Below, piece by piece: positions 1 through 9,281 of a DNA stretch of 64,000 nucleotides; within the stretch, counting starts at the first letter, position 1; each line of letters opens with the position of its first letter. The stretch comes from Rhodospirillaceae bacterium (lineage in GTDB: Bacteria > Pseudomonadota > Alphaproteobacteria > Rhodospirillales > UBA2165). The position numbers and the translations under genes are program-made. The stretch lies in contig CANIGJ010000002.1 of NCBI GenBank assembly GCA_947467145.1, positions 168,441 through 232,440 on the forward strand, read 5' to 3'. The notes under the pieces were generated by a model. That model was not told the origin of the DNA. It did no database searches and saw only the letters and a program-made list of their open reading frames with translations.

Positions 1-943
1 GGTTTTTCTTGCGCGTGATCGCGGTGATGCGCATCGGCATGTTGTATTCTTCGAGCGCGACATGCCCGTGGCTTTCGCCGAACGGGCCTTCGGGCTCGAC
101 ATAGGTCGGATCGATGATGCCTTCGATGACGATCTCGGCTTCGGCCGGCACCATCAGCGGCACCGTCTTGGCCTGGATCATATTGATCGGCTCACCGGCC
201 AGGCCGCCGGCCACTTCCATCTCGTCCATGCCGAGCGGCAATTTTTGCGGCCCCATGAAGGCGACCAGCGGCGGACAGCCGAGCACGATGGCGACCGGCA
301 TCATCTCGCCGCGTTTTTTGTAATCCTGCCAATGTAGATAGCCGCCCGCCCCGCCGACGCGCGTCGCCATGCGCACCACCAGACGATCGGGCGCCTTCAG
401 CGCGCAGCGATAGGTGCCCATGTTCTGCACACCGGTCGTGGGATCGCGCGTGATGACGTTGGTGGCCGTCAGGGTCGGCGCGGAATCGAAGCCGGGGGTG
501 GAGACGGGGATCGGAATGGCGTCGAGCCCTTTGCCGTCGCCGATCAGGTCGGCGCCTTGCAGCACGATCTCCTGGCACGGCGCGGTTTCAACGACGCGCG
601 GCTTTTTCGGTTTGGCGACGCCGTCGGTCCATTTCTGGCCGATCTTGTCGACCGGCACGCCCATGCCGATGGAATAGATGGTTTCGTTGCCGGCCAGCGC
701 GCCGACGACGACCGGCATATCGTACTTGCGGCCTTTGGCATCGACGACGTTGGTGAAGAGGAACGCCTTGCGGTCCTTCTCGGCGATGCCGCCGCGGAAC
801 TGCCAGCGCACCAGGGGATGCAGCTCGGAATCCTTGTCCACCGGCTGATCGATGGTCCACAGCAGGCCGGCTTCGTCGAGCGCCTTCAGGTGCTCGTGCA
901 GATCGCGGTATCCGCGCGTTTTGGCGTCTTGTCCGGCATCCAT
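1..943 (-). CDS. UbiD-family (de)carboxylase, N-terminal part; the C-terminus lies beyond the window start
   Basis: Absent from the ORF track because there is no stop in the window. My reverse-complement translation from the ATG at 943-941 gives MDAGQDAKTRGYRDLHEHLKALDEAGLLWTIDQP... and later ...EGPFGESHGH..., which fits the UbiD N-terminal layout and EGPFG motif. Confidence 0.65.
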   Translation of the reverse strand, partial: MDAGQDAKTRGYRDLHEHLKALDEAGLLWTIDQPVDKDSELHPLVRWQFRGGIAEKDRKAFLFTNVVDAKGRKYDMPVVVGALAGNETIYSIGMGVPVDKIGQKWTDGVAKPKKPRVVETAPCQEIVLQGADLIGDGKGLDAIPIPVSTPGFDSAPTLTATNVITRDPTTGVQNMGTYRCALKAPDRLVVRMATRVGGAGGYLHWQDYKKRGEMMPVAIVLGCPPLVAFMGPQKLPLGMDEMEVAGGLAGEPINMIQAKTVPLMVPAEAEIVIEGIIDPTYVEPEGPFGESHGHVALEEYNMPMRITAITRKKN

Positions 944-1008
944 GCGGTCGCTCTCCCCTTTTGGGAAAAGCTTACACATTCGCGGCAGGCGGCTAAACCC
1001 CGCCCAGG

Positions 1009-1767
1009 CTACTTTTTGCCGAGTTTCGCGATTAGCGCTTGGGCGGCGGCCGGGTTGCGGACCTTGGCGCCGGCGATGAAATAGGCGAACACGTCGCCGC
1101 GTTTGGCCCAGGCGCGGGTCTGCTTGGCGAAGCCGGCGAGCTCGTCATCGGTGACGCCGTTATCCAGATGTTCGTGGCTCGACATGAAGCGCGCATAGGT
1201 GAAATCGGCGGTCGGTTCGTCGATCTCGGGCCAGCGCTCGTCCTCGTCCTCGGTCTTGCCGTAGACGATGGCGACATTCTGCTCAGCGCAAAGATCGTAG
1301 AAGGCCTGGGTGGCGAAGCTCTGGTTGCGCACCTCGACGGCATGCCGCAGCGCCACGCCGTCCAGCTCGTCGGGCAGTAAATTAAGGAACGCTGCGAAAT
1401 CTTCGGCATCGAATTTCTTCGTGCCCATGAACTGCCAATTGATCGGGCCGAGCTTGCCGCCCAGTTCGGTCAGGCCCTGGTTCAGGAACTTGCCGACCGA
1501 GTCACCCGCCTGCGCCAGGATCTTGCGGTTGGTGCAAAAACGCGAGGCTTTGACCGCGAAGACGAAATCGTCCGGCGTCTCGTCACGCCATTTGCGCCAC
1601 GAATCGGGTTTGAAGCTCGAATAATAGGTCCCGTTGATCTCGATCGAGGTCATGGCGCGCGACGCGAATTCCAGTTCGCGGCGCTGCACCAGATCGTCGG
1701 GATAGAACACGCCGCGCCACGGCTCGAACGTCCAGCCGCCGATGCCGACCCTGATCTGTCCCGCCAT
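1009..1767 (-). CDS. DUF72 (YecE/UPF0759) family protein
   Basis: 252-aa ORF. The N-terminus GIGGWTFEPWRGVFYP...EINGTYY is the characteristic DUF72 signature. Confidence 0.8.
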   Translation of the reverse strand: MAGQIRVGIGGWTFEPWRGVFYPDDLVQRRELEFASRAMTSIEINGTYYSSFKPDSWRKWRDETPDDFVFAVKASRFCTNRKILAQAGDSVGKFLNQGLTELGGKLGPINWQFMGTKKFDAEDFAAFLNLLPDELDGVALRHAVEVRNQSFATQAFYDLCAEQNVAIVYGKTEDEDERWPEIDEPTADFTYARFMSSHEHLDNGVTDDELAGFAKQTRAWAKRGDVFAYFIAGAKVRNPAAAQALIAKLGKK

Positions 1768-1782
1768 ATGCGTCTCCGCTCG

Positions 1783-2982
1783 TTAGTGCGCGGGCCCCGC
1801 CAAGACGCGGCCGCGCAGGGTGATCAGCCCGAGGATCAAGGCGCACACCGCGGAGAATGCGATCATTCCGACCATCGGGAGCGCCGTGCCGTCGAACAAT
1901 TGGCTGACGACGACGATCATGATCGCCCCGAAGACCATCTGCAATGTGCCGCCGAGCGCCGAGGCCATGCCGGCGATGGGCCCGTGTTCTTCCAGCGCCA
2001 GCACCATGCAGGTGGGGATGACGAGGCCGAGCGGCCCATTGGCGCAGAACAACAGCGCGATCAGCACGTACAGATTGTCCACGCCCGCCAAGGTCAGCGC
2101 CAACAGCACGAGGGCGAAGAAGGCGAAACCGCCGATGGCGGCGCGCACGACGCGCGCCATGCCGAAACGCCCGCCCAGGGTCGCGGCGAATTGCGACGTG
2201 CCGATGAAGGCGATGGCGTTGAGCGAAAAGGCGAAGCTGTATTGCGTCGGCGTCAGGCCGAAATGATCGATATAGATGAAGGACGAGCTGGCGAGGTAGA
2301 CGAAGAAGCTCGCCATGCCGAAGCCGCCGATGAAGGTCAGGCCGAGGAAATGGCCGTGGCGCAGCAGGCGGCCGAAGCCGGCAAAGGCGCTGCCAAAACT
2401 CGCGGAAATACGCTCCGATGCCGGGCGCGTTTCGGGCAAGGCGCGGATGACCAGGATCAGGCCGAGCACGCCGATGACGGTCATGGCCATGAACACGGCG
2501 CGCCAGCCGAACGGCACGATCAGCGCGGAACCGCCGAGCGGCGCCAGGATCGGCGCCACGCTGAGGACCAGCATGACCAGGCTCATCAGCTTGGTCGCTT
2601 CGATGCCGGTATAAAGGTCGCGGATGATGGCGCGCGGAATGACCATGACGGCCGAAGCGCCGATGCCTTGGACGACACGGAACGCGATCAGGCTTTCGAT
2701 GGTGCCGGCCAGGCTGCAGCCGATGGCGCCGGCCACGTACAGCACCAGGCCGAAATACAGCGGCGGCTTGCGCCCGAACATATCCGACAGCGGGCCGTAG
2801 ACGATCTGCAACACGCCGAAGGAAACGAAGAACACCATCAGGGTCATCTGCGTCGCCTGGGTGCTGGCATGCAGGTCGGCGGCGATGGTCGGCAGCGCCG
2901 GGATATACATATCGATGGCGAAGGGGCCGACGGCGGCGAGCAGGCCGAGCACGATGGCGTTCTTGGTATAGGTCGAGATCAT
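1783..2982 (-). CDS. MFS drug-efflux transporter, Bcr/CflA subfamily
   Basis: The ORF track runs to 3141. I prefer the ATG at 2982 (MISTYTKNAIVLGLLAAVGPFAIDMYIPALP...). The profile is hydrophobic and multi-TM. The upstream 53 codons are non-protein-like. Confidence 0.8.
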   Translation of the reverse strand: MISTYTKNAIVLGLLAAVGPFAIDMYIPALPTIAADLHASTQATQMTLMVFFVSFGVLQIVYGPLSDMFGRKPPLYFGLVLYVAGAIGCSLAGTIESLIAFRVVQGIGASAVMVIPRAIIRDLYTGIEATKLMSLVMLVLSVAPILAPLGGSALIVPFGWRAVFMAMTVIGVLGLILVIRALPETRPASERISASFGSAFAGFGRLLRHGHFLGLTFIGGFGMASFFVYLASSSFIYIDHFGLTPTQYSFAFSLNAIAFIGTSQFAATLGGRFGMARVVRAAIGGFAFFALVLLALTLAGVDNLYVLIALLFCANGPLGLVIPTCMVLALEEHGPIAGMASALGGTLQMVFGAIMIVVVSQLFDGTALPMVGMIAFSAVCALILGLITLRGRVLAGPAH

Positions 2983-3067
2983 GAGGGGCACTGCACTCTG
3001 GGGGGAGGGCTTTTTCCGCGATGCGGAATGACTTGGCAAGCCCCAATCCTCAACAGACATTAACCGC

Positions 3068-5161
3068 ATGACACAGTCCCCAATTAAGCCGCCCGTCGCG
3101 GTGCGTAAGCCCCATCCCGTCACCCGCCACGGCGATACCATCGTCGACGATTACGATTGGCTGCGCGATGCCGATTGGCGCGCCGTCATGCGCGATCCGG
3201 CCAAATTGACGCCGGCGATCCGCGCCCATCTGGAGGCCGAAAACGCCTATACGGCGTCCATCATGGACGCGACCCAGGGCCTACGGACCGAGCTGGTCGC
3301 TGAAATGCGCGGCCGCATCGCCGAGGACGATTCGAGCGTGCCATCGCCGCATGGGCCGTACGAATATTACATGCGCTTCGAGACCGGCGCCGAATATCCC
3401 ATCTATGCGCGCCGCAAACAGGGTGGCGGTGCGGAAGAAATCCTGGTTCATGGCCCGCGCGAAGCCGTGGGGCGCAGCTATTATCGCATCGCCGGGCTGG
3501 CGCATGCGCCCGATCACGTGCATGCCGCCGTCGCTATCGATCCGGACGGATCGGAAGAATGCGAGCTGCGCATCCGCGAGATCGCCAGCGGGCGCGATTT
3601 GCCCGATGTCATCAAACGCGTGAACGGCGATGTCGCCTGGGCCAATGACGGCAAGACGCTGTTCTATACGTTGCTCGATGACGAACATCGCCCGAACAAG
3701 GTCTATCGCCATCGCCTGGGTGACGATCCGGCGAATGATGTCTTGGTCTATGAGGAAGCCGACAACGGCTTTTTCGTCGGCATCGACAAAAGCGAAAGCG
3801 ATCGCTTCATCTTCATCAATTCGCACAGCCATTCCAACACGTCGGAGATCTGGCTGATCGAGGCCGACGCGCCGGACACCGCGCCGGTGTTGTTTGCCGC
3901 GCGTGAAACCGGCCACGAATACGATCTCGGCCATGTCGGCGACATCTTCTTCATCCGCACCAACGAAGGTGGCGCGAAGGATTTCAAGATCATGCAAACG
4001 CCGGTGAGCGCCTTCGCAAGCTCGAACTGGCGCGAGGTCGTGGCGCACAAGCCCGGCCGCATGATCCGCCGCATGAGCGTGCTGCGCGACTATCTCGTCC
4101 GCATGGAACGCGAGAACGCGCTGCCGTCCATAATCGTGCGCCATCTTGCGGATGGACACGAAGAAACCTTGGCGTTCGACGAGGAGGCCTACGAGCTTGG
4201 CTTCTCGACCGGCTACGAATTCGCCACCGATATTTTGCGCATCTCCTACGCATCGATGACGACGCCGGATCGCATCTACGATGTGGACCTCAAGACCGAC
4301 GCGCGCACGCTTCGCAAGGAACAGCGCATCCCGAGCGGCCACGATCCCGCAAAATATGTGACGCGGCGTTTGTGGGCGATGGGCCATGACGGCGTGAAGG
4401 TGCCGGTCACTTTGCTGCATCGGAAGGGATTGGTGCTCGACGGCTCCGCGCCCATGCTGCTGTACGGTTACGGCGCTTACGGCTCGTCCATGCCGGCCTC
4501 GTTCGGCGCCAATCGTCTGAGCCTCGTCGATCGCGGTTTCGTCTACGCCATCGCGCATATCCGCGGCGGCGCGGAACTCGGCCAGTCCTGGTACGAAACC
4601 GGCAAGCTCGAATTCAAAACCAATACCTTCACCGACTTCATCGCCTGTGCCGAACATCTGATCGGGCTCGGCTATACGTCGAAGGGCAAAATCGTCGCCG
4701 AAGGCAGAAGTGCGGGCGGCATGCTGGTCGGCGCCATCGCCAATATGCGCCCCGATCTGTTCCGCGGCATTATCGCCGGCGTGCCCTTCGTCGATGTGCT
4801 CAACACCATCTGCGATGCCAGCCTGCCGTTGACGCCGCCCGAATGGGTCGAATGGGGCAATCCCATCGAGGATGCGGACACCTACGCGCGCATGAAAGCC
4901 TATTGCCCCTATACGAATGTGAGCGCGCAGGCCTATCCGCATATATTCGCCATCGCCGGGCTGACCGATCCGCGCGTCACCTATTGGGAACCGGCGAAGT
5001 GGGTGGCGAAATTGCGCGCGATGAAAACCGACGATCATTTGCTGATGCTGCATACGGTGATGGAGGCCGGACATGGCGGCGCATCGGGCCGTTTCGCACG
5101 GCTGGAAGAAGTGGCCCTGTCGCATGCCTTCGCGCTCATGGCATCCGAGCTGAAGGACTGA
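3068..5161 (+). CDS. ptrB: Oligopeptidase B (protease II), S9 prolyl oligopeptidase family
   Basis: 697 aa. N-terminal HGDTIVDDYDWLRD, beta-propeller region, and C-terminal catalytic GRSAGGMLVG (GxSxGG) serine motif. Confidence 0.85.
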   Translation: MTQSPIKPPVAVRKPHPVTRHGDTIVDDYDWLRDADWRAVMRDPAKLTPAIRAHLEAENAYTASIMDATQGLRTELVAEMRGRIAEDDSSVPSPHGPYEYYMRFETGAEYPIYARRKQGGGAEEILVHGPREAVGRSYYRIAGLAHAPDHVHAAVAIDPDGSEECELRIREIASGRDLPDVIKRVNGDVAWANDGKTLFYTLLDDEHRPNKVYRHRLGDDPANDVLVYEEADNGFFVGIDKSESDRFIFINSHSHSNTSEIWLIEADAPDTAPVLFAARETGHEYDLGHVGDIFFIRTNEGGAKDFKIMQTPVSAFASSNWREVVAHKPGRMIRRMSVLRDYLVRMERENALPSIIVRHLADGHEETLAFDEEAYELGFSTGYEFATDILRISYASMTTPDRIYDVDLKTDARTLRKEQRIPSGHDPAKYVTRRLWAMGHDGVKVPVTLLHRKGLVLDGSAPMLLYGYGAYGSSMPASFGANRLSLVDRGFVYAIAHIRGGAELGQSWYETGKLEFKTNTFTDFIACAEHLIGLGYTSKGKIVAEGRSAGGMLVGAIANMRPDLFRGIIAGVPFVDVLNTICDASLPLTPPEWVEWGNPIEDADTYARMKAYCPYTNVSAQAYPHIFAIAGLTDPRVTYWEPAKWVAKLRAMKTDDHLLMLHTVMEAGHGGASGRFARLEEVALSHAFALMASELKD

Positions 5162-5164
5162 ACG

Positions 5165-5995
5165 ATGGCGAAGCTGGGGGATTTGCTGAAGGCGCGTTTC
5201 GGCGTGGCCGAGGACGTCACCGAGGTTGCGTTGAATGCGACGTTGGAAGGAATCTTGGGCCGCCGCTCGATCCGCAAGTTCCTGGATCGCGACGTGCCAG
5301 ACGATCTGCTGCGCGTGCTGTTCGCCTGCGCGCAATCGGCCCCGGCCAAATCCGACTTACAGCAATATTCGATCATCCATGTGACCGATGCGGCGAAGAA
5401 GCAAACCTTGGCCAAGCTCGCCGCCACGCCGTGGATCGCAACGGCGCCGGTGGTGCTGGTGTTCTGCGGCGACGGCCGGCGTGCGCGGCGCATCAGCGAA
5501 TTGCGCGGCAAACCCTACGGTCAGGATACGCTCGATAGTTTCATGAATGCCGCCGTCGATGCCGGCATCGCTTTGCAGGCTTTCATCATTGCGGCGGAAG
5601 CGGCCGGGCTTGGCTGTTGCGCCATCAGTCAGGTGCGCGTGCAGATCGAAGCGGTCTCTGAGTTGCTAGAGTTACCGAATAATGTTTTCCCGCTTGCGGG
5701 TCTCGCAGCGGGCTGGCCCGATGAGGCGCGCGAGGTCACGTTGCGCTTGCCGCCGGCGCTTGTCGTGCATCGCGACCGCTACGACGATGCGAACTTGGCT
5801 GCCGAGATCGATGGCTATGATCAACGCCGTGATGCGGCTTTTCCTATTCCGGCACGCGGTCAGATGCATAACGATTTGTATGGGCAGGCCGATTTCTACG
5901 GCTGGTCGGAACATGTGGCGCGCCGCCTGTCGCGCTCGGAGGGCCGCCATACCTTGCGCGCATTCTTGCAGGCGCGCGGCTTCGCGCTGGATTAA
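5165..5995 (+). CDS. Nitroreductase-family oxidoreductase
   Basis: 276 aa. GRRSIRKFLDRDVPDDLLRVLFACAQSAPAKSDLQQYSIIHV is the typical nitroreductase fold N-terminus. Confidence 0.75.
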   Translation: MAKLGDLLKARFGVAEDVTEVALNATLEGILGRRSIRKFLDRDVPDDLLRVLFACAQSAPAKSDLQQYSIIHVTDAAKKQTLAKLAATPWIATAPVVLVFCGDGRRARRISELRGKPYGQDTLDSFMNAAVDAGIALQAFIIAAEAAGLGCCAISQVRVQIEAVSELLELPNNVFPLAGLAAGWPDEAREVTLRLPPALVVHRDRYDDANLAAEIDGYDQRRDAAFPIPARGQMHNDLYGQADFYGWSEHVARRLSRSEGRHTLRAFLQARGFALD

Positions 5996-7101
5996 GTCTT
6001 GTCCGGCAGTGGCGGCAAGGCGCCGGTGCGGCGCAGCACACTGACCATGGTCGGCGAGGCGATCATCACCAGAATGTAGCGCACGAGCTGGTGGAAGATG
6101 ACGAAGGTCAGATCGGACCCCAGCCCGAATGCGACCAGGGCCATTTCGGCGAAGCCGCCGGGCGCGAAGGCCAGGATCAATTGCGTCGACGGGATGTCGG
6201 TAATCACATGCGCGATCAGCGCGCAGCCGACGCCAACCCCCAGCATGATGAAGCCGGCGGCCACACCCGTCATCAGTCCGCGCGCCACCTGGCGCACGCG
6301 GATGCCGGCGAAGCTCGATCCCACTTCGGCGCCGATGATCACTTGCGCTGCGGCCACCAACGGGTCGGGGAATTGCAGATGCAGCATGCCGGTGAGATTG
6401 ACGGCGGCGACACCGATCATCGGGCCGAACATATGCGGTGACGGCACGCGGATCAGCTTGCCCGCGTAATAGCCCGCGATGGCGGCGGCGATGCCGATCA
6501 ACACATCGCGCATTTCCACGTTGGTCGCCTTCAGCGCCACCGCAACCGCGTCGGTCGGGTGATAATCGGCGAACAGGCGGAACGCGATCGGAATGGTGAA
6601 GACCGTCACGATCATACGGATCGATTGGGTCAACGACACTGTGCGCACATCGGCATGGTAGGCGCTGCTCATGGCGATGGCGGCGATCATGCCGCCCGGC
6701 GTCGATGAAAAATACGACGTCACCATGTCGTAGCCCATGGCGCGCATGAACAAGGTGACTGAACCAACGGCGAGCACGACGAAGACGACGATCAGCAACA
6801 TCGTCGGCCACCATTGCGGAATATGGTGGATCAGATCGGGCGTCACCGTCATGCCGAACAATGCGCCGATGACCATCAGCGAGGCGAGTTTCAGCCACGC
6901 CGGAACCCACAAGGTGATCTGCGGGAAGGCGAGCGAGACCGCCATATTGATGAACATGGGGCCGACGACATAAGGCAGCGGGATGCGCAGCTCGGCGAAG
7001 ATGAGCGCGCCGATGAGGCCGAGCGTTAAGGCGGCGAGCAGGGATGTCCAGCGGGTCCGCAGGTCACCGAGGTCTTTGGCGAAACGCGACGTCAGCGACA
7101 C
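5992..7101 (-). CDS. AbrB-family membrane protein (COG3180, duplicated AbrB-like transporter domain)
   Basis: 369 aa and highly hydrophobic. N-terminus LIGALIFAELRIPLPYVVGPMF is typical of this family. Confidence 0.65.
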   Translation of the reverse strand: MSLTSRFAKDLGDLRTRWTSLLAALTLGLIGALIFAELRIPLPYVVGPMFINMAVSLAFPQITLWVPAWLKLASLMVIGALFGMTVTPDLIHHIPQWWPTMLLIVVFVVLAVGSVTLFMRAMGYDMVTSYFSSTPGGMIAAIAMSSAYHADVRTVSLTQSIRMIVTVFTIPIAFRLFADYHPTDAVAVALKATNVEMRDVLIGIAAAIAGYYAGKLIRVPSPHMFGPMIGVAAVNLTGMLHLQFPDPLVAAAQVIIGAEVGSSFAGIRVRQVARGLMTGVAAGFIMLGVGVGCALIAHVITDIPSTQLILAFAPGGFAEMALVAFGLGSDLTFVIFHQLVRYILVMIASPTMVSVLRRTGALPPLPDKT

Positions 7102-7130
7102 AGCAGAAAGACCTTAGAACGAGAAGTGCC

Positions 7131-8213
7131 CTAGAAATGCCAAGACAGGTTGATGGCGCCGAATTCGTCGTGACCGTCCTGGCCTTCGAATTCCTTGGTG
7201 CGCCAGATCTGCGCCAGCGACAGGCGTGCCGCGCCATAGGCGATGGCGAGGCCGGCCTGGAAATCGGCGACAAAGAATTTGCTGTCGACGCTGTGGCTGT
7301 CGCGGAACGTATTGCCGTCGAGGAACATGTTGCGTGCGATGGCACGGCCCTGCGTGCCGGCGAACAGATACCACGACAGGCCGGAATGTTTGCTCATCAT
7401 CTCGGGGCCGGACAGTGACGGCTGGATATGCGCCGGGCCGTAATCGATGTCGAGATGCTGGCCGATGCGCAGCATCGTACCGGCCGCGCCGAAGATGAAG
7501 ACATTGCCGACGCTGCCGCCGACCGACGGAACCGCGTCCATCTCGATGCCGCCGAGTGTCAGCGGCGTTGGGCGCCAGCGTCGTTCGAGCATCAGGTTGA
7601 TTGTCGGTTCGTCCTTGAGTTGGTTGTCCCAGCCATAGGCGCGGTCGACACCGATCAGGTCGTGGAAATTATTTTGCACCTGCTCGCCGTAAGCATGCGG
7701 GCCGACGATGCCCAGCGTGAGTTCGATCGTATCGACGATGTCGACCGGATCGGTGAGGATCCAACCCGGCTTATCCAGCGCTTCGCCATGCAGCGAGGCG
7801 CCGACGAACGTCCAGGCGGCATAGGGTCGGTCGTCGCGGATCAGCGCGCGGGTCTGCGTGTCGTTCGGCGTGAATAGCGTCTGGCCGAACGTGAAGCCGA
7901 TGCGCGAGCCTTTAAGGGCGGCAACGGGATAGAGAAATTCGAGGCTATCGCGCAGCCAGTCCGGGCCGCCGCTATCGCGGTCGGACACCCAGCCCATGCG
8001 GAAGCCGTTGGAATAATGCCGGTCTGTATTGTTGACCTTGTCGTTCTCGATCTGGATCGAGAACGTGCCACCCTTGAAGAAGTCCTGCTCGAGGTCAGCG
8101 GACGCCTGCTCCGGTGTTTTCTGGGGCGCTTGCGGCCCGCTCGGCGTTTGCGCGACGGCGCTGCCGCAGAGCAGCAGAGATGAGGCGAGGGCAGATGCCA
8201 GAAAGGCTTTCAT
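7131..8213 (-). CDS. Lipid A deacylase LpxR-family / DUF2219 outer-membrane protein
   Basis: The ORF track runs to 8270. The likely start is MKAFLASALASSLLLCGSAVAQ (signal peptide) at 8213. FSIQIENDKVNNTDRHYSNGFRMGW is the LpxR/DUF2219 hallmark. Confidence 0.6.
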   Translation of the reverse strand: MKAFLASALASSLLLCGSAVAQTPSGPQAPQKTPEQASADLEQDFFKGGTFSIQIENDKVNNTDRHYSNGFRMGWVSDRDSGGPDWLRDSLEFLYPVAALKGSRIGFTFGQTLFTPNDTQTRALIRDDRPYAAWTFVGASLHGEALDKPGWILTDPVDIVDTIELTLGIVGPHAYGEQVQNNFHDLIGVDRAYGWDNQLKDEPTINLMLERRWRPTPLTLGGIEMDAVPSVGGSVGNVFIFGAAGTMLRIGQHLDIDYGPAHIQPSLSGPEMMSKHSGLSWYLFAGTQGRAIARNMFLDGNTFRDSHSVDSKFFVADFQAGLAIAYGAARLSLAQIWRTKEFEGQDGHDEFGAINLSWHF

Positions 8214-8343
8214 TTCCAAGGTTCTGGCCGAATCCCGTACGTTTGTCCAGTAATGGACCGATAATGTCACAGGTCTGTTACTGGTCCGTTACCGGCTATC
8301 GCCTCCCAAACGCCTCAGATCAGCCGTTTAAGTGCTGTCGACC

Positions 8344-9279
8344 TCAATAACTATCAATGAGGGCTGCCATTTTCTTGCGCGTCGCCTCGTCGGGCAGGCG
8401 GCCGCGCGCCGCCCCCATATTGTCGGGCACGTGTACGGGATTGATGGTGCCCGGGATGGCGCAGGTCACCGCCTCGTTGGAGATCAGGTATTTGAGGAAG
8501 AACTTGGCCCAGGTGTCGCAGCCCAACTCCTGTTTGGCCCATTCCGGCACGTCCTTGCCCTTCACCTTGTCGAACAGGCGGTCGCGCCCGAACGGCAGGT
8601 TGAGCATGACGCCCATGCCCATGTCCTTGGCGAGCGGCAGGATTTCTTTTTCCGCACCGCGGTCGTCGATGGCGTAATTGATCTGAATCCAATCCAGGTT
8701 CGACGTCTTCATGACCTTCACCAGCGCATCGTGGCTGCGGTCCTGGAAATGGGTGGCGCCGATCGCCTTGGCTTTGCCTTCGGCCTTCAATCGCTGCGCC
8801 GTCTTATATTGCGTGGCGAAGTCGCGCAGGTTGTGGACGTGCAGCAGCTCGACATGGTCGGTGCCCAAATCCTTCAACGACTTGTTGAATTGATCGATGC
8901 CGGCCTGTTCGCCGTCGATGCTGATCTTGGTCGAGATATAGATTTTGCTGCGCGTGCCCAGCTCGCGCATCGCCTTGCCGGTCACGGCTTCGGCGCCGCT
9001 ATAGGTGGGCGAGGTATCGATCAGGGTGCCGCCGTTATCGGTCAGCGCCTTGATGACGGCTTTGCGCGCATCAAAGCCTTCGCCCTCGATCACGTCGCCG
9101 AAGGTCTGCGCGGTGCCGAGGCCGACCAGCGGCAGCACTTCGCCGGTCTTACCGACTTTGCGGGTGAGGATCGGCGCTTCGCCGGCCAATGCATCGGCGA
9201 TAAGGCCCGGGCCGCCGGTGGCCAGCAGGGCGGCGCTGCCTGCGCTCAGGCGCAGGAAATCTTTGCGTGTCAGATCCAT
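8344..9279 (-). CDS. Aldo/keto reductase with a twin-arginine-like signal
   Basis: 311 aa. N-terminus MDLTRKDFLRLSAGSAALLATGG, AKR-type body (IDTSPTYSGAE..., HVHNL). Confidence 0.8.
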   Translation of the reverse strand: MDLTRKDFLRLSAGSAALLATGGPGLIADALAGEAPILTRKVGKTGEVLPLVGLGTAQTFGDVIEGEGFDARKAVIKALTDNGGTLIDTSPTYSGAEAVTGKAMRELGTRSKIYISTKISIDGEQAGIDQFNKSLKDLGTDHVELLHVHNLRDFATQYKTAQRLKAEGKAKAIGATHFQDRSHDALVKVMKTSNLDWIQINYAIDDRGAEKEILPLAKDMGMGVMLNLPFGRDRLFDKVKGKDVPEWAKQELGCDTWAKFFLKYLISNEAVTCAIPGTINPVHVPDNMGAARGRLPDEATRKKMAALIDSY

Positions 9280-9281
9280 GA

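Noticed and set aside
3281-5335. 684-aa minus-strand ORF, and similar long shadow ORFs (1583-3046, 1768-3063, 22426-24300, 30511-31794, 35992-37659, 41260-42324, 50981-52975, 58229-59263)
   Set aside because: Each is antisense or out of frame to a gene with a clear family signature. All have Arg/Gly/Asp/His-biased, domain-free translations typical of high-GC shadow ORFs.
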